Part shown: piece after piece, positions 50,275 through 64,000 of the stretch | Numbering within the stretch: position 1 is the stretch's first letter | How the letters are laid out: every line of letters starts with the position of its first letter | DNA from: Podarcis cretensis | Taxonomy: Eukaryota | NCBI GenBank assembly: GCA_951804945.1 | Contig: OX638153.1 | Coordinates: 50,778,001 to 50,842,000 of the forward strand | DNA: 64,000 nucleotides | Direction of reading: 5' to 3' | Program-made: the position numbers and the translations under genes | Notes under the pieces: model-generated | What the model was told of the DNA's origin: nothing | The model's database searches: none | What the model saw: only the letters and a program-made list of their open reading frames with translations

Positions 50275-51720
50275 CACACAAATCCAGAGTGGAGTCCTTA
50301 AGGCAGGTGGATAGTGTCTTGTATTGCCTCCTTCTGGCAACTCCTGCAGTCAAGCTGGTGCTAAACGTATTTCTTTCTTTTCCTTTGGACCACATCAATA
50401 AGGCCAAGCCGGGGGGGGGGGTGTCGTCTGGGTGGCCCAGGACCTCCATACATACTGCCCTGGTGAGGTCACTTTGGTGCTGCAAACATAGCAAAATCAA
50501 TGCAGGAGGCAGCAGTTATGAGTTATAAGCTCAACTTGAATGGAATACGGTACAAGTACTATGTTGTCTTTGTTGGTGGGAGAAATCATTGTGTCTCACT
50601 GGTCAGGTTAATAAAAATAACAATAATAATAGTAATTTATTCATACCCTGCCCATCTGGCTGGGTTTCCCCAGCCACTCTGGGTGGCTTCCAGAAGAATA
50701 TTAAAATACAATGATTCATCCAGTATTAAAAGCTTCCTTAAACAGGGCTGCCTTCAGATGTCTTTTAAAAGTCTGATAGTTGTTTATTTCTGTGGCATCT
50801 GATGGGATGGCGTTCCACAGGGCAGGCGCGACTACTGAGAAGGCCCTCTGCCTGTTTTCCTGCAACTTCTCTTCTCGCAGTGAGGAAACCACCAGAAGAC
50901 CCTCGGCGCTGGACCTCAGTGTCTGGGCAGAACGACGGGGGTGGAGACGCTCCTTCAGGTATACTGGCAGAGGCCTTTTAGGGCTTTAAAGGTCAGCACC
51001 AACACTTTGAATTGTGCCCAGAAACGTACTGGGCACAATACGTACTGGGCACAATACGTACTGGGCACAATCCGCCTTAAGCCTGGCAGCCGCCAGTCAA
51101 TAAAGTGTTGACCCACCACTGTCCACCTGCTTCAGTAGGTGCTTGGAGCTCAGATTATCACTTGACAAGAGGACTGAACTACTGCACCAGCAAAACAGAA
51201 AAGAAACCAATTCTCTTCCACCTAGCAAGCTGGAACGTCAGGACCATGTGTCCTGGCTTGTCCACTAATCTGTGGCAGGTCAACAACTTTTCTGAACCGT
51301 AGGCCCAACAGAGGGCTTGTGGGAGTGGTTAGGTGCAGGTATACAGAAGAATGATGCCTTAAACATCAATTCTATTGCTTTATTAAAGAAGGGTATAGAC
51401 TTACAGCCTGCCAGGTCTCCTAGGCATTACATGTGTAGAAGATGGCCATCACTGGCCATGAGCTGAAAACGCGTAACATTGACATTGCCACTGTACAGAG
51501 GACCAGAGTCACTTTGACTGGAAGCCTCTGAGAGAAGAACTACACCTTTTTCTGGCACAGAGGACATCCAGAAGAACCATGTATCCATGGCGTAGATTTC
51601 ACAGTGAAGAACTCTCTTCTGTCTGCAATAGAAGCAACTGAGGGCTCAAAACATTTGCTTTTCCTCTGCCTCTCAACCACCTCCAGTCCAGTTAACATCT
51701 TGAGCTTCTACACACAACTC
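50275..51720 (+). mobile_element. 5' part of an RTE-clade LINE (5'UTR plus degenerate APE start), interrupted by an L2 fragment and a second insert (~51290-51435)
   Basis: LASWNVRTMCPGLS..., then RKMAI..HELK..NIDIA..Q.TR...GSL.EKNYTFFW..HGVDFTVKN. The UTR resumes at 51071 after the L2 insertion. Confidence 0.7.
50610..51071 (-). mobile_element. L2 3' fragment (same group as 38525-42829)
   Basis: Reverse complement matches 42410-42830, including the 3' hairpin TGGCTGGG-GAAA-CCCAGCCA and a TTA-rich tail. Confidence 0.88.
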
Positions 51721-54101
51721 TGAACTGAGCTTGTGTCTGCCTCAATCAGTCTACCCAGTCCCTTTCTTTTTGCCTTCACTGTATGATTGTTGAAACACCT
51801 GAAACTTCTAAACACATCATAAATAACAGGCTCTAAGGACACTTAAAGACTTTTATCTTTATTTGAATTAAATTAGTTCTGCATGCCAAAATCAAAACCA
51901 GTGCCATGTCATAATAATACAAGCTCTTCCTAAGCCAAACATATTAACATCTATTTTTAGTAGTTGTATTTAGACAATTTACTTTTTCTTTCCCCCTTTT
52001 TAAATAAAAAAAAAGTATAAAACTGTTAGCTCTGAAGTCACACAAGTACAGCAATGCTGTAAAACAGCTTTACTTGTTTTCAGCTCAGTTGCATTGTACT
52101 GGCCTTTTAAAAAGGACTTGCTTTATTCACAAGCACTTTGCAAATGCAGCCCTACACGTTGCACTCAATCCTGCTGTGGAAGCTCCCCCCCCCCAACTTT
52201 CAGGAGCAGATAAATGGGCAGTGAAAAGAACTGTAGTGGAACCCCCTACCCCCACTTCACCCCCATAAAAGCCTTCTTGCATCTAAAAGCTTCCCAGTTC
52301 AGTATTTTAGCTTCAAAAACCACATTCAAAACAAAGATATGCAATAATAATAATAATATTTGGAATGTAACAAAGTGCACTCTGAGTTAATGCCACCTCA
52401 AGCACTGTCTCCAGTGATGGATGAGGACTACAATATAGGAAAACAAATATTTTGTATAAAATCAGTAGTGAAATAGCTGAAGGGGAAATTGCTTCTGGGA
52501 AAGGAAAAGCTCTCTTGGCAAGTTCTGCATGAAAACATTCCAGAGAATCCACTCTATCATTATTTAATGTTTGCAGAATATTCTACAACCACACAACAAA
52601 CTCTTCTTTGGTCTGGTTTACATAGCAAGTGTTTGAGCTTTTGTTTTAAGAGCTGTCAGATTAATGTGTTCATGTATATATTCTCAATATCATTCAGGGG
52701 CAAAATCATTTTCTTTCATCCTGCTAAAGGATGTAGCAGCTTTGAACACAAGTTATTTTTTAATGTAAGAACATGTTCTTCATGCTTACAATTTAATATT
52801 ACTTGTTTCCAGGGGCAGTATGTTCCATTTTGCTGCCTGAGGCAAAATGTGAAGGTGTCACAATTCTGCCACCCCCACTAAGCCTCCTTTATCTAGGTTA
52901 CGTAGCGGAATCCAGAAATCTCACAGGAAACTGCCACCACTGCTGATGCCACTTCTCCACAACTGCAGAGGCGGTGGGTTGGGTGGGGCACCTACAAGCG
53001 GCACTAACTTGTAGGCTTCTGCCACTTGAGGCGGTTGCCTCAGTCTGCCTCATGAGCTAACAGGCTCTGCTAGATAGCATGCCAGAATATGCACAGTTCT
53101 CCATGTTAAACAGTTTAAAGAAGAATATAAATACAAAACTATGCTACAAAAAAAAAAGGTTTATGCACAGTTCCTTTCTCCAACTTTTTTCTCACTCCCC
53201 CCCCCCCAAAAAAAAGAAAAGAAAAGACAACAGGGGAAGACAACAGGAGTTGGGGGGACGGGGACTAATCTAATAGCTACACGAAAGAATGTACATAGGA
53301 ACCTAGGTACTATTAGTCCATCTACTTCAGTATTGTCTGCACTGACTGATAGTGACTCCCCAGAGTTTCAAGTGAGGGTCCCTCTCAGTTCTACCTGAAG
53401 ATGCCAGGATGAGAAAAGAGGATGAAAACAGAGTCCTTGGTTGAATTTTACTCTAATTTGCATTCTCACAGTAAGCCCAACCCCTGCTTGAAGTAACAGA
53501 ACAGACAAAATCATAAACTGAAGGCATAATGGAATATTTTGTGTTTGATCTACACATCATCCATTTTTAACATTTGTACTGCAGAGACTCTTTGAAAAAG
53601 GCATTTTAAAATGCATCAAAATTGGTGATGGGAAAACTTTCCTCTGGTCAGCTTGAAACTGGCTCTTTAAATTACAGTGTTATTCAGAGACCTCAGCGTG
53701 GGTGGTACACATATTTCCCCCCCAAGAGTTATCTCCAGGCTCAAATGGTTGTCATTAGATATTACTGCTCGCCCAAATAAAGGGAATTAAGCCCTTTAAG
53801 AATGCTCTAAGATCTCCGTTCCCATGACTGTCTGCTACTGCATCCTATCCCAGGGAGTGGGAAGTTGACCTTCCTGTTCAGTACAAGGTAGCAAGTGGTG
53901 GCCCCTTGGAGCTCAAATTCTTTCCCTGCAGTTCTTAAGAATTTGAATAGGCTGTCAGCTCCGCTGCCTGAACTTTTATGAAATCCTAGCTCCTACATCT
54001 TATAATACTGCCTTACTGGTTTCAATTATCCCTCAAAATTCCATCTGCTTTTGCCAAAATCCCTGCATAATTATCACAGATTTGGTAGCCATCACAGGGT
54101 T

Positions 54102-54466
54102 AAAGGTAAAGGTAAAGGTACCCCTGCCCATACGGGCCAGTCTTGACAGACTCTGGGGTTGTGCGCCCATCTCACTTAAGAGGCCAGGGGCCAGCGCTGT
54201 CCGGAGACACTTCCGGGTCACGTGGCCAGCGTGACATCGCTGCTCTGGCGAGCCAGAGCCGCACACGGAAACGCCGTTTACCTTCCCGCTGGTAAGCGGT
54301 CCCTATTTATCTACTTGCACCCGGAGGTGCTTTCGAACTGCTAGGTTGGCAGGCGCTGGGACCGAGCAGCGGGAGCGCACCCCGCCGCAGGGATTCGAAC
54401 CGCCGACCTTTCGATCGGCAAGTCCTAGGCGCTGAGGCTTTAACCCACAGCGCCACCTGCGTCCCC
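54102..54466 (-). mobile_element. Sauria SINE, full length
   Basis: Nearly identical to the 24673 copy. TSD atcacagggtta at 54091-54102 and 54468-54479. Confidence 0.93.
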
Positions 54467-56429
54467 TATCACAGGGTTACCTGGGAGCAAAGCCAGTGAA
54501 ATTGCTGGGCCCTGGAAATGTGCATTATCTCGTGTTGTCTGACCAAGCAGATGAAGCTTAGCCATTTGACTATGCTGAATCTTAGGCAGAACATCTTTTC
54601 CTGCTCTCTTTTCCTGCCCATCCCAAATCCCTAATTCCTTGACTTTTTTAGATTGTGGTGGTGAGGTCAAACACGTTGTTCCACAAAGGCTGTGTAAATT
54701 CAATTATTTAACTAAGTTGAATCAAGAATATTCCCTGTGGTTGGTTCCAGATAAGCTCTAGGGATTGCAGAGCTCTCATGTTGCAAGGGGTAATCAATTA
54801 GTTTCACTGAACACACATTGGAAAGGTTGAAGGGATCTTCTTATTATATCTACACAGGGGACTACAGATATTCTTCTAAGCAGAAAATAGTCCCTTCATT
54901 GTTTTTCGTATGACACAGGTGTAAGAGCTAAAGCTCTGAAGGCAGCATTCTGTTAATAGGGTCTTTCATCAGTAGGTTCACATACCCCTGAGATCTTTCC
55001 AAAGTGTCTCCTTGAAGACATGATGGTTTCTAAGAAAATATTCCCCGTTGCATGCATGGAAATACTTTCAACATATGTACTGGGGGAAATCTTGGCCAAG
55101 AAAAGTCGGAATTTGTTCCAATATTTAGTCCTACTTTCTCTAAAAATGCAAATCTAAGGGCCTAGCTAGATGTGACATCAGGAAACTTGGGATAAGATTT
55201 CCTGTGTTTCCCCCACCCACAAAGGTCAGCGTAACCACAAGCTGCTCAAATTGTTTCCCTGATTCCTTAATTGCTGCCCAATCTGTTATTTTCCCCAAGG
55301 AAAAAAAATGTAGGTATAAAGCAGAATGAATAGCTATAAGGGCAGGTAATCCAGATCAGGAAGCTGGGGAAAGGGCTAACTACTCGTTCCTGAACATTCC
55401 AACCCCAGTCTGACTTGTGGTGCTGGGCAGCTGCTTTTACCTTGTAGGAGAAAAGTACCGTAAATCTCCTAACCATAATAGCGCTATTAGCTATTTCCCC
55501 CTTTTAAAACATATGAAATAATATGTATTAAAGAGGAAAGTTCTACTGTGATTAAACCAATTTCTTATATGAAGGACTAATTACCATGTGCTATAGGAGG
55601 GCAATGGCGAAGTTCAAATGATTGGATCCCTGTGGATAAAGATTTCACTCAGACTGTTATGATTGTGATTAGACTTAAGTCTTGGAGAAGCATTAGTCAT
55701 GGGCTATATCAACAAGGTCATTAGGTCCCCTAGGGTATCATCTACATAATTCTGACAAGAAAATTAGTTTTATTAAGCATTCAGATTGCCTTATGATCAA
55801 TTTTCAAACTACATAAGCATGAAAATATAAATAAAACCAGAACCTGACCATTAAAGTATCCAAACTTTCAGTTTCCAGGTATTTTCTAGGTTATCTAGTT
55901 AAATAAAGTTATAGTTAGACATTTTAGACATATACAGATTTTTTTTAAAAAATTAAAATACACACACCCCACAACCTTTCCTTTTTCAGACACTCGCATA
56001 AATCATTCAACCTTCAATAAGGAAGATACAATCACCACAAAATCTACCTCTGCATAAAAACAAATCGCTAACACCCAAGATAATGTGGGCAATGAGTGTA
56101 GCCAAGAACACCATTTCATCAATAAAGCAAAACAAACATACTGGCAGCAGTACAATCAACCTCATCTCCTGCATACCCACACCAAACAGGATACTGCTGT
56201 TTATGTTTTCCCATTCTGAGAGCTGAAGAGCTTGGGAGAGTTTCTATCACATTCCCTGAGTTCTCAGGGGGGAAACCCAAATACACCATACTTTATACTG
56301 TGTATTTTATTGAATGTAGTCTCAGACACTGTTTCCTAGAAACAGAGGAACTAACACCAATTAATCTGTTTATTTCTATAGAATTGCTTTTGACATTGAC
56401 ATTTAAAACATCCTACTCACATCGTAATA

Positions 56430-56620
56430 ATAGGAAGCTACCTTATACTTGAGTCATACTACAAACTCTAGCTAGCTCAGTATTGTCTTCACTAACTGGA
56501 AGTGGGTATCCATGATTTTATACAGCAATCTTTCCCTGCCCCATCTAGACACAACAAGGATTGAACATAGAACAGCATGAAGACAAAGCATATGTGCTAT
56601 CACTGCCTGAGTCCACCCTC
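56430..56620 (-). mobile_element. tRNA-derived squamate SINE (Squam2-like), degenerate; related fragments at ~53296-53410 and ~59190-59276
   Basis: aggaagctaccttatacttgagtca..ctagctcagtattgtc..ggattgaac.. pattern. Confidence 0.6.
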
Positions 56621-59013
56621 TCAATGAACAGCTACAAGCATTTGTAGCTGTTTTCCCAACATGTAAATGGTGTCATGATCTTGTCTGAGTTGGTAACACC
56701 GATGCTATGCTGCTCACACAAGTAGACCAGTCACAGAATGTTCCTAATGATAATTCCCTCTTTCTAATTCAAGTCTTTGCTTGCTCTTAAACATGTAGCC
56801 AAAACCACACAACCCTTACACATAAGAGAGTTATTGGCACACTTGGGGTAGCTCTGAGGTTTGCAGGGGTTGAACACCCGCCCTCCAAGGTAATTCGTTT
56901 CAGGTGAAGAGGCTACTGCAACACAAAAAGTTGAATGCTAAGCAACTGGTGATGGGACAATAAATATTTCCCACAAGAATTGCCAATCAGGGCGACTCGT
57001 CTGGAGTCCATTCCATACCTGAGTATCCCACATGCAGTATAGAAGTGGAACAACTTAATGTTAAAAGATGCATGTGAATGTTGATAAGGTTACAGGTAGG
57101 ACAATGCCAGACAGAAGAAAGTTTTTGATTGTGGTTAGACGCTTGTGTTGGCAAAAAAGAAAATCAATCAGATTCATGCACCCAGAGTTCTTGTACCTCT
57201 CAGTCACGGGATATATTTTCTCTTTTCAGTGAGAAAACCCAGTGGAAATCCAAGTTTTTGTGCTTGCAAGTGACAGTTCCTCCTCCCACCTATATGCAAA
57301 GGAAATGGTGTCTGGGACAATGCCTGAACATGGAGGCTTGTAACTGAGAAGAGTTTCATTCCAATGGTATTTTATATATTTTTATATCAAACCTTGAGAA
57401 TAACAACCATCAGAGCATAGTACTTAAAATGAAGTCATTTTATACCATTATTTTTTATTGTGTAGAGTTGAGTTCTATTCTCATATCTCTATAACCTTGC
57501 TTAATGATCCTGGGGTTAAAGTTCTGTCTTTTCTTTTTCTCTCATCTGAATAGTGGAAGTCCAATTTACACTATGCTAAGTTTATTAATGTCAGACTAAT
57601 CATTTTGATATATATGGAAGGAGTAGGCTGCAACTGGCATCTTTGTAGGCAATTAAAAAAGGCAGTAAGGTCAAAACAAATAGTATCTATGCCAGAATGA
57701 ATGGATTTTAGTACCAATTAAGAATTTCTCAAATAAATATCAGTACACAAGTGCAAAACTAAAGGAAATCAGAAAAACATAACAAAGAAAGGTTTGCTTT
57801 TGCCCGTTTTGTATTTGTCAAAAAGTGAAACCCGTTTCTTATCACTGCCTAATTACTACAGGCCCGTTATGTAATGGCTTTCTTATACATTTGAAGAGCA
57901 CCAGAGCAAGTGGTATTAATGATAGCAGGCAACAAGATGGAAACATAACATGAAAGGCTACTCTCTGTCTTCAAGCAGAAAGATGAACACTATAGCTAAA
58001 ACATTCTTTATTCACACTTCACACTACTGCCTAAAAGAGAGGGGGGAAAGGGTAATGAAAATAGCAGTAGGTTGATGCACACTGCATCCATTAGAGGCCA
58101 TAAAAAGAAAGCATTTCTTTGCTACTCCAAGAGCTTACTAATAAACACATCCTTTCACCAATACCAATCCAACTTAGTGTTTCTTTATTAGCTCCTTTTG
58201 TTCCACTTTCCGAATACGAATGTCAGGGACTGAAAGGACTCTGACCAGTGTCTAACAGAGGCAAGAGGCCAGGGGATTGACCTAGGAGAGAAGTCCAATG
58301 ATTTATATGGTTTGGTGCCACCCATAAGGCAGAAGCGGCGGGGTGTGTGTGTAATGGTCACAGCCATCTGAGTCAGAGATGAGTGTGCAGGAAGTGTCAA
58401 GAGGAAAAGGCTGTACAGGTGAGGGACACACCAGTTGAATTCCTTCCCTTCCCTTCCCTACCCCACTGAATCCTAGAACCAGGAGGGGTGATGGCTTCCA
58501 TGTAGGCTGCACACGCACACCCTGTCAAATGATGGTACATAAGTTGGTTAGGAGGCAACTACTCCTCAGGGCAGAGACCTGAGGACAGCTGCCTAGAGGC
58601 TAGAAGTGTGTGTACATATGTATCTGGGCCACCATGGGAGTTTGTGTGTTTGTCAATACAGAATTAACCCCTTGGCTGGGGGTGCCTAGGAAAAATGATA
58701 GAACAGACTTGAGAGAAGGAATGCTTCCTCACCCCTTCCCAGTTGTCCTTTTGTTTGTGTGTGTGCGCATGTGCCAGAACATACAAGCAATTATTAAAAT
58801 CACAGTTTTCCAAGCAAGTTTAAAATCACAAGCAAGACAATTTACCTGCTTCCCAAGAATTAGAGAGCAACATAAAAGACATTCCTCTAGTTTTGTATTT
58901 TTTTAATATCTGACTTAGTATAGCTGCATTTTAAAATAAAAAGGATGGTATTCAACTAAACTTTACTCAGAGTAAACCCACAGAAATTAATGGATCAAAC
59001 TTAGTTATGTTCC

Positions 59014-59055
59014 AAAGAAAGAAAGAAAGAGAGAAAGAGAGAAAGAGAGAAAGAG

Positions 59056-59096
<41 letters not shown>
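59014..59096. repeat. (GAAA)n/(GA)n microsatellite
   Basis: Visible purine repeat. Confidence 0.92.
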
Positions 59097-59097
<1 letters not shown>

Positions 59098-59287
59098 CTC
59101 AGAGTCTAGGGCATCTGCCCAGGGCACCACTCCAGACTTCCTTATTCACATATATGGGTTCAAGGCCCTGTACTCTTGACCTGCTATTCCTGCCTTATAC
59201 CAAGTTAGACCACTGGGCCCATCTTGCCTAATACTGTCTCTCCACAGTTTCAGGTACAGATTTGCATCAGACCCTTTACATTGCCTA

Positions 59288-59656
59288 AAGGTTAATGTAA
59301 AAGACCCCTGACAGTTAAGTCCAGCTGCGAACGACTCTGGGGTTGCAGCACTCATCTCGCTTTAATGGCCGAGGGAGCTGACTTTGTCCGCAGACAGTTT
59401 TTCTGGGTCATGTGGCCAGCATGACTAAGCCGCTTCTGGTGAAACCAGAGCAGTGCACAGAAACGCTATTTACCTTCCCGCCGGAGCGGTACCTATTTAT
59501 CTACTTGCACTTTGACGTGCTTTCGAACTGCTAGGTTGGCAGAAGCTGGGATCGAGCAACGGGAGCTCACCCCGTTGCGGGGATTCGAACTGCCAACCAT
59601 CCAATCGGCAAGCCCTAGGCTCAGTAGTTTAGACCACAGCGCTATCCACATCCCCC
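59288..59656 (-). mobile_element. Sauria SINE, divergent subfamily
   Basis: Core gtgctttcgaactgctaggttggcag with a different 3' region. TSD tacattgccta at 59277-59287 and 59659-59669. Confidence 0.88.
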
Positions 59657-61191
59657 CATACATTGCCTATTCATACCCAAACAAGTGGAAGCTTTGCTCT
59701 AGAATTTTATAATTTCCTTCTGGGACTATTAACCCAGGAGGTATATTTGCAGTTTATATAGGCCCTTGGCAGAGGTCTAACTTTTCATATCACCACTATA
59801 GATCCATTCTATCAAATTATGTTTTCAGTAATATTTCATTTTTTTCTAACTAATTTCAATTGTTAGAAAAATAGTTTTCTAAGAAGACTTTCCCCCCCTT
59901 AATTTAGAACAATCTGCCAGCTCAACAAATGGCTTTACTGAAAACCAATTTATACAACATATTGATTAACTATGAAATAACAGAGTAACTATAATGTCAG
60001 AAAAGTTTTAAATACAGTCCACAATTCACTGAATCACATTTTTACACAGGAACCGATAAAAACAACAAAACCAAGCCAAATGGCAGACTCTTTTTAAAAA
60101 AATAAGAGAGTATGTTTTCTGTCTTTATTTAAAGAGAAACAACTATTAGGAAATTTGTTGTTGAGCCAGTATTTCATTGGGAATCAAAAAAATAATAAAT
60201 AAATTACATACCACTATGCACTGGAGCACACAAGCAGTGAAAACTTTATAACAGGCTTCATTTACCTCTGATCCTATCGATCTACATCATCCACATTCAG
60301 CATAGAAAAAGAAACCTACAGTTTTCCATGGCTAAGCCATGTCAGCACTTATACAAAATACTCTGTGTTTTAAAGTATTTCTGATTGTTTATGGATTTTA
60401 TAATACAATTTGCATGGAAGTCCCAATACTGTTGTTTCTGACGTTAGTTGAAAACTTTTCCTTTTTTCTAATTCATGGATTAGTTCTTTTTATTTTGTAG
60501 TTTTTAATTCTTGTTGGTTTCATGTTTTTAGCATTGTTTTCTTATTTGTATTGCATTTTATGTTCTATTTTTGCACACCACTTTGGTATTGTTTTAATGT
60601 AGAACAGTTTATAAATTCTGAAATAAATAAAGTGCATATTGTTTTCTTCTTTTTTGTTGTAGTTATAATGAGCATCCTACAATGTATTTGATGCATAGAC
60701 CAGTACAAACAAAACATAAACCCTCAGCTGACGTTCAGTCTGAAAATGGGGGAGGGAGACAGTGGGGAGAAGAATTCCAAAGTTAAGAACTACATTTTTC
60801 ATACTGAAGCATATTCAATTAAGTGTTTAACTGTTTCCTAATTTTTTTGGTTGTAATTTTAACGAAACTTTGCTAATCTTATGTTCTTATTCAAAGCTTA
60901 TTGAAAGTTGGAGCAGGAAAATACTGTGGCTCTTCCCCAGCAATGACTCCCAGTATGAGCTTACAAGCCGTAGCACTACAATAACTGAAAACATTGTAAT
61001 GGAAACTGTTAATACATTCAGAATGAACAAGAGCTGAAAGTCAAGTGAAGTACATGGACGTATGAATCATCCCTTAATGACTGACCTAAACAATAATCTG
61101 ACAACTCTCTTGTGGAAAGACACAAACACCATGCTGCCCTAGCACTTCATGAATAGTACTCAAAAGAATTACGGCCCATTTAAGCAGCGAA

Positions 61192-61335
61192 CAGCAAGGG
61201 TAGTCCACATGTTGCCCTCCAGATGTTGCTTGATGCCAACATCTATCAGCACCCACCAGCATGGCCAATCATCAGGGATGATTAGATCTGTAGTCCCAGA
61301 AACTTCTGGAGATTACGACGCCAGCTACCCACAGT
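61192..61335. mobile_element. Degenerate hAT MITE (related copies at ~47995-48120 and ~25687-25750)
   Basis: ccctccagatgttg..catggccaat..cagggatgat..tgtagtcc..aac.tctggag. Confidence 0.55.
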
Positions 61336-62249
61336 GACATAACTGTTACTGTTTTTCTGTTGCATTTTCCACTGACTAGGAAAGCACCATATCCCCCAAC
61401 AATTACAAACTGGTTATGACACTAAACAAGCTTGATACAGATTGTTAGAATTCCAGTTAAAGCACACAAATACCACGATTTCTAGCCATTCCTTCAGAAA
61501 GTTATTTCTCTACATTCTGAAGTTGCCACATGAGCTTTTTGCAAGAGATGTATGTTTACAATAAGTGGCATGGGGGACCCATGTTCATCAAGCAAAAGGG
61601 GCACTTTAAAGAAGCCTTGGACCTTTGCTCAGCTGAAAACATCTTAGAATTTGGAATTGTTAACAACATTTTTATAGGCTTGGTGACCTGTAATGACCCC
61701 TGTTTCTCTTCCAGTTTCATTCACTGTTCAGCAGCTTGGCTGGATGAATTCATTCATTCATTCATTTATACTTTTATACATTTGTATCATGCACTTTCAA
61801 CTCCCATGTGTCCTTATGGCACAACTTTTAGTGTCCTACATTTATGACAAATACCCAGGGAGCAGAGATTATATACAGAATGCAGATAAGAAAAATGCAA
61901 ACAATCACATTGATTATTCAAAATTCCTTTGAAATAAACCCGAAAGTATTTCTTGCTTGATAAATTGCCAAGTAAAGGGGATATGACAGGGCCTTGGCTG
62001 TTCATTTTAATTGTTTGAGATTTAACAGTGCCATTAACAAGAAAGACACACATTTTTCAAGAAAGAAAAACTACTCCAGTTGAATTAAGTATCTCCTTAT
62101 TGCCGCTGGACTTGACATGGCTTGGCTTAATTTCTAGAAGAACTTCCATAGCATTAAATGGGTGTGCAAAGGGAGGGATGGGCAGCGTATAAACTAATTT
62201 GGTATTTCTGTATAATGAGACATAGATTTATTTATTTTTGCAATTGATA

Positions 62250-63038
62250 TGCAGATATGCAGATGACACAACCTTGATGGCAGAGGGTGAGGAGGAATTA
62301 AAGAACTTTTTAATGAGGGTGAAAGAGGAGAACGCAAAATATGGTTTTAAGCTCAACATAAAAAAAACAAAGATCATGGCCACTGGGCCCATCACCTCCT
62401 GGCAAATAGAAGAGGAAGAAATGGAGGCAGTGAGAGATTTTACTTTCTTGGGCTCCATGATCACTGCAGATGGTGACAGCAGCCACGAAATTAAAAGATG
62501 CCTGCTTCTTGGGAGAAAAGCAATGACAAACCTAGACAGCATCTTAAAAAGCAGAGACATCACCTTGCTGACAAAGGTCCGTATAGTTAAAGCTATGGTT
62601 TTACCAGTAGTGATGTATGGAAGTGAGAGTTGGACCATAAAGACGGCTGATTGCCGAAGAATTGATGCTTTTGAATTATGGTGCTGGAGGAGACTCTCAA
62701 GGGTCCCATGGACTGCAAGAAGATCAAACCTATCCATTCTTAATGAAATCAGCCCTGAGTGCTCACTGGAAGGACAGATCGTGAAGCTGAGACTCCAATA
62801 CTTTGGCCACCTCATGAGAAGAGAAGACTCCCTGGAAAAGACCCTGATGTTGGGAAAGATGGAGGGCACAAGGAGAAGGGGACGGCAGAGGACGAGATGG
62901 TTGGATAGTGTTCTTGAAGCTACCAGCATGAGTTTGACCAAACTGCGGGAGGCAGTGGAAGACAGGAGTGCCTGGTGCGCTCTGGTCCACGGGGTCACGA
63001 AGAGTCGGACACGACTAAATGACTAAACAACAACAACA
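62250..63038 (+). mobile_element. BovB LINE 3' fragment with open RT C-terminus
   Basis: RYADDTTLMAE..EELK..LMRVKEE..KLNIKKTKIM..VPWTARRSN..HGVTKSRTRL; (CAA)n tail. Confidence 0.95.
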
Positions 63039-64000
63039 GGAATGTTAGAATCATTGTGCATTATCCTTCCTGCCAGTTAAGCAATAGCTGGCTTAACACT
63101 GGCTATCCTTTGCTCTGTCATGCCAAATCTGGTTAATCAGTGATAAACATTAGTTTTTGCCAGTCATCATCACAAAATGCACACATGCTCTTTCTAATAT
63201 GAAAATTCAACTGAATGAGAAGTAAATCAGATTTTGTTATTGCTAAATATAGCATTATGTTATCCACTGTTCAAATTCTACAACAGAGACTGAAGGGAGT
63301 ATCAATTAGGTGCTGTTTAGCCACATATTCTGGGACAAGAAGGTGTGCACCCAAATATACAGTGCAGGCTTGGAGAGAAGAGAAACTTTCTCTTTTTTCT
63401 TTTATAAGAAATTAATTAGAATTCAGGTTTCATTAGAAAATCCATCTATTCTATTTTTTCTATTATATTAATTCATGTTGAGACTCTGCACTTTAACGAA
63501 CATGTTAATTGATACAAAAGATAAAGGAAACTAATTACAAAATGTATTTTTTGTTTAAAAAACACCTCTTCTGTTTTAGATTAACTGCTGTTTATTGTTT
63601 GTCTCAATCTGACAAAATGTGTTAAGTTTAGCTATGGCTCTTTTAAACAAGCAAACGTGATGGCCTTCCTTTGCTGGGGCATCACTTCAACTGGTATTTT
63701 AAAAAGGGCCAGGTTCCTTTATTATGCATTTAGATATGATGTTTGCAGTCTGTGTAGAATCTGAAGATCATCCAAAGCAGCACACAAGAGGATTCAGGGG
63801 GATGGATGGATGTGCAAGCCCAAGCCTCACTGTATCTTGCTCCTGTCATGATAAACCATAGTCTATCATGATGTCCTGACCTGCTCATTATAACAAGCTG
63901 ATGAGCATTTCCTAGTATTGTTGACATTAAGAAAAAAGAAATTTTAAGGACAAATGTTTGTCTATGAAATAATAAAGGTAATTGAAATGCACAAAATAGC

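Noticed and set aside
56860-57030. Exon-like stretch on the minus strand tested as the missing upstream ATRNL1 exon
   Set aside because: The frames I translated did not match the expected Cys-rich CTCSGHANIC..GKCFCTTKG peptide and contain stops. That exon probably lies beyond the window.
62228-62998. 256-aa antisense ORF (also 30959-31456 and 32447-32773)
   Set aside because: It is the antisense open frame of BovB sequence and recurs in all three copies; it is not a host gene.

Overview
Eukaryotic genomic DNA from a squamate reptile. The Sauria SINE, BovB, L2, CR1, Penelope and MITE content points to a lizard, probably a lacertid (inference). The whole window lies inside the large minus-strand gene ATRNL1 (attractin-like 1). 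Four short GT-AG coding exons (36848-36900, 18268-18362, 15745-15823, 12854-13011) splice in frame and encode the end of the last laminin-EGF repeat plus the membrane-proximal ectodomain. The ORF track misses all four. The rest is intron, densely filled with transposable elements. These include a near-intact single-ORF L2 LINE (38525-42829) with an unusual 125/135-bp tandem-monomer 5' end, CR1, BovB and RTE fragments, four Sauria SINEs with TSDs, and many Tc1/mariner, hAT and PIF/Harbinger MITEs. There is no prokaryote-type system. The most interesting leads are: the monomer-array L2; a Harbinger MITE built like a two-way splice cassette next to an exon; a possible intronic stop/poly(A) giving a secreted ATRNL1; a hammerhead-like motif in a Penelope fragment; and an inverted BovB pair sharing non-consensus changes. 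TE family names come from motif recognition, not database searches.
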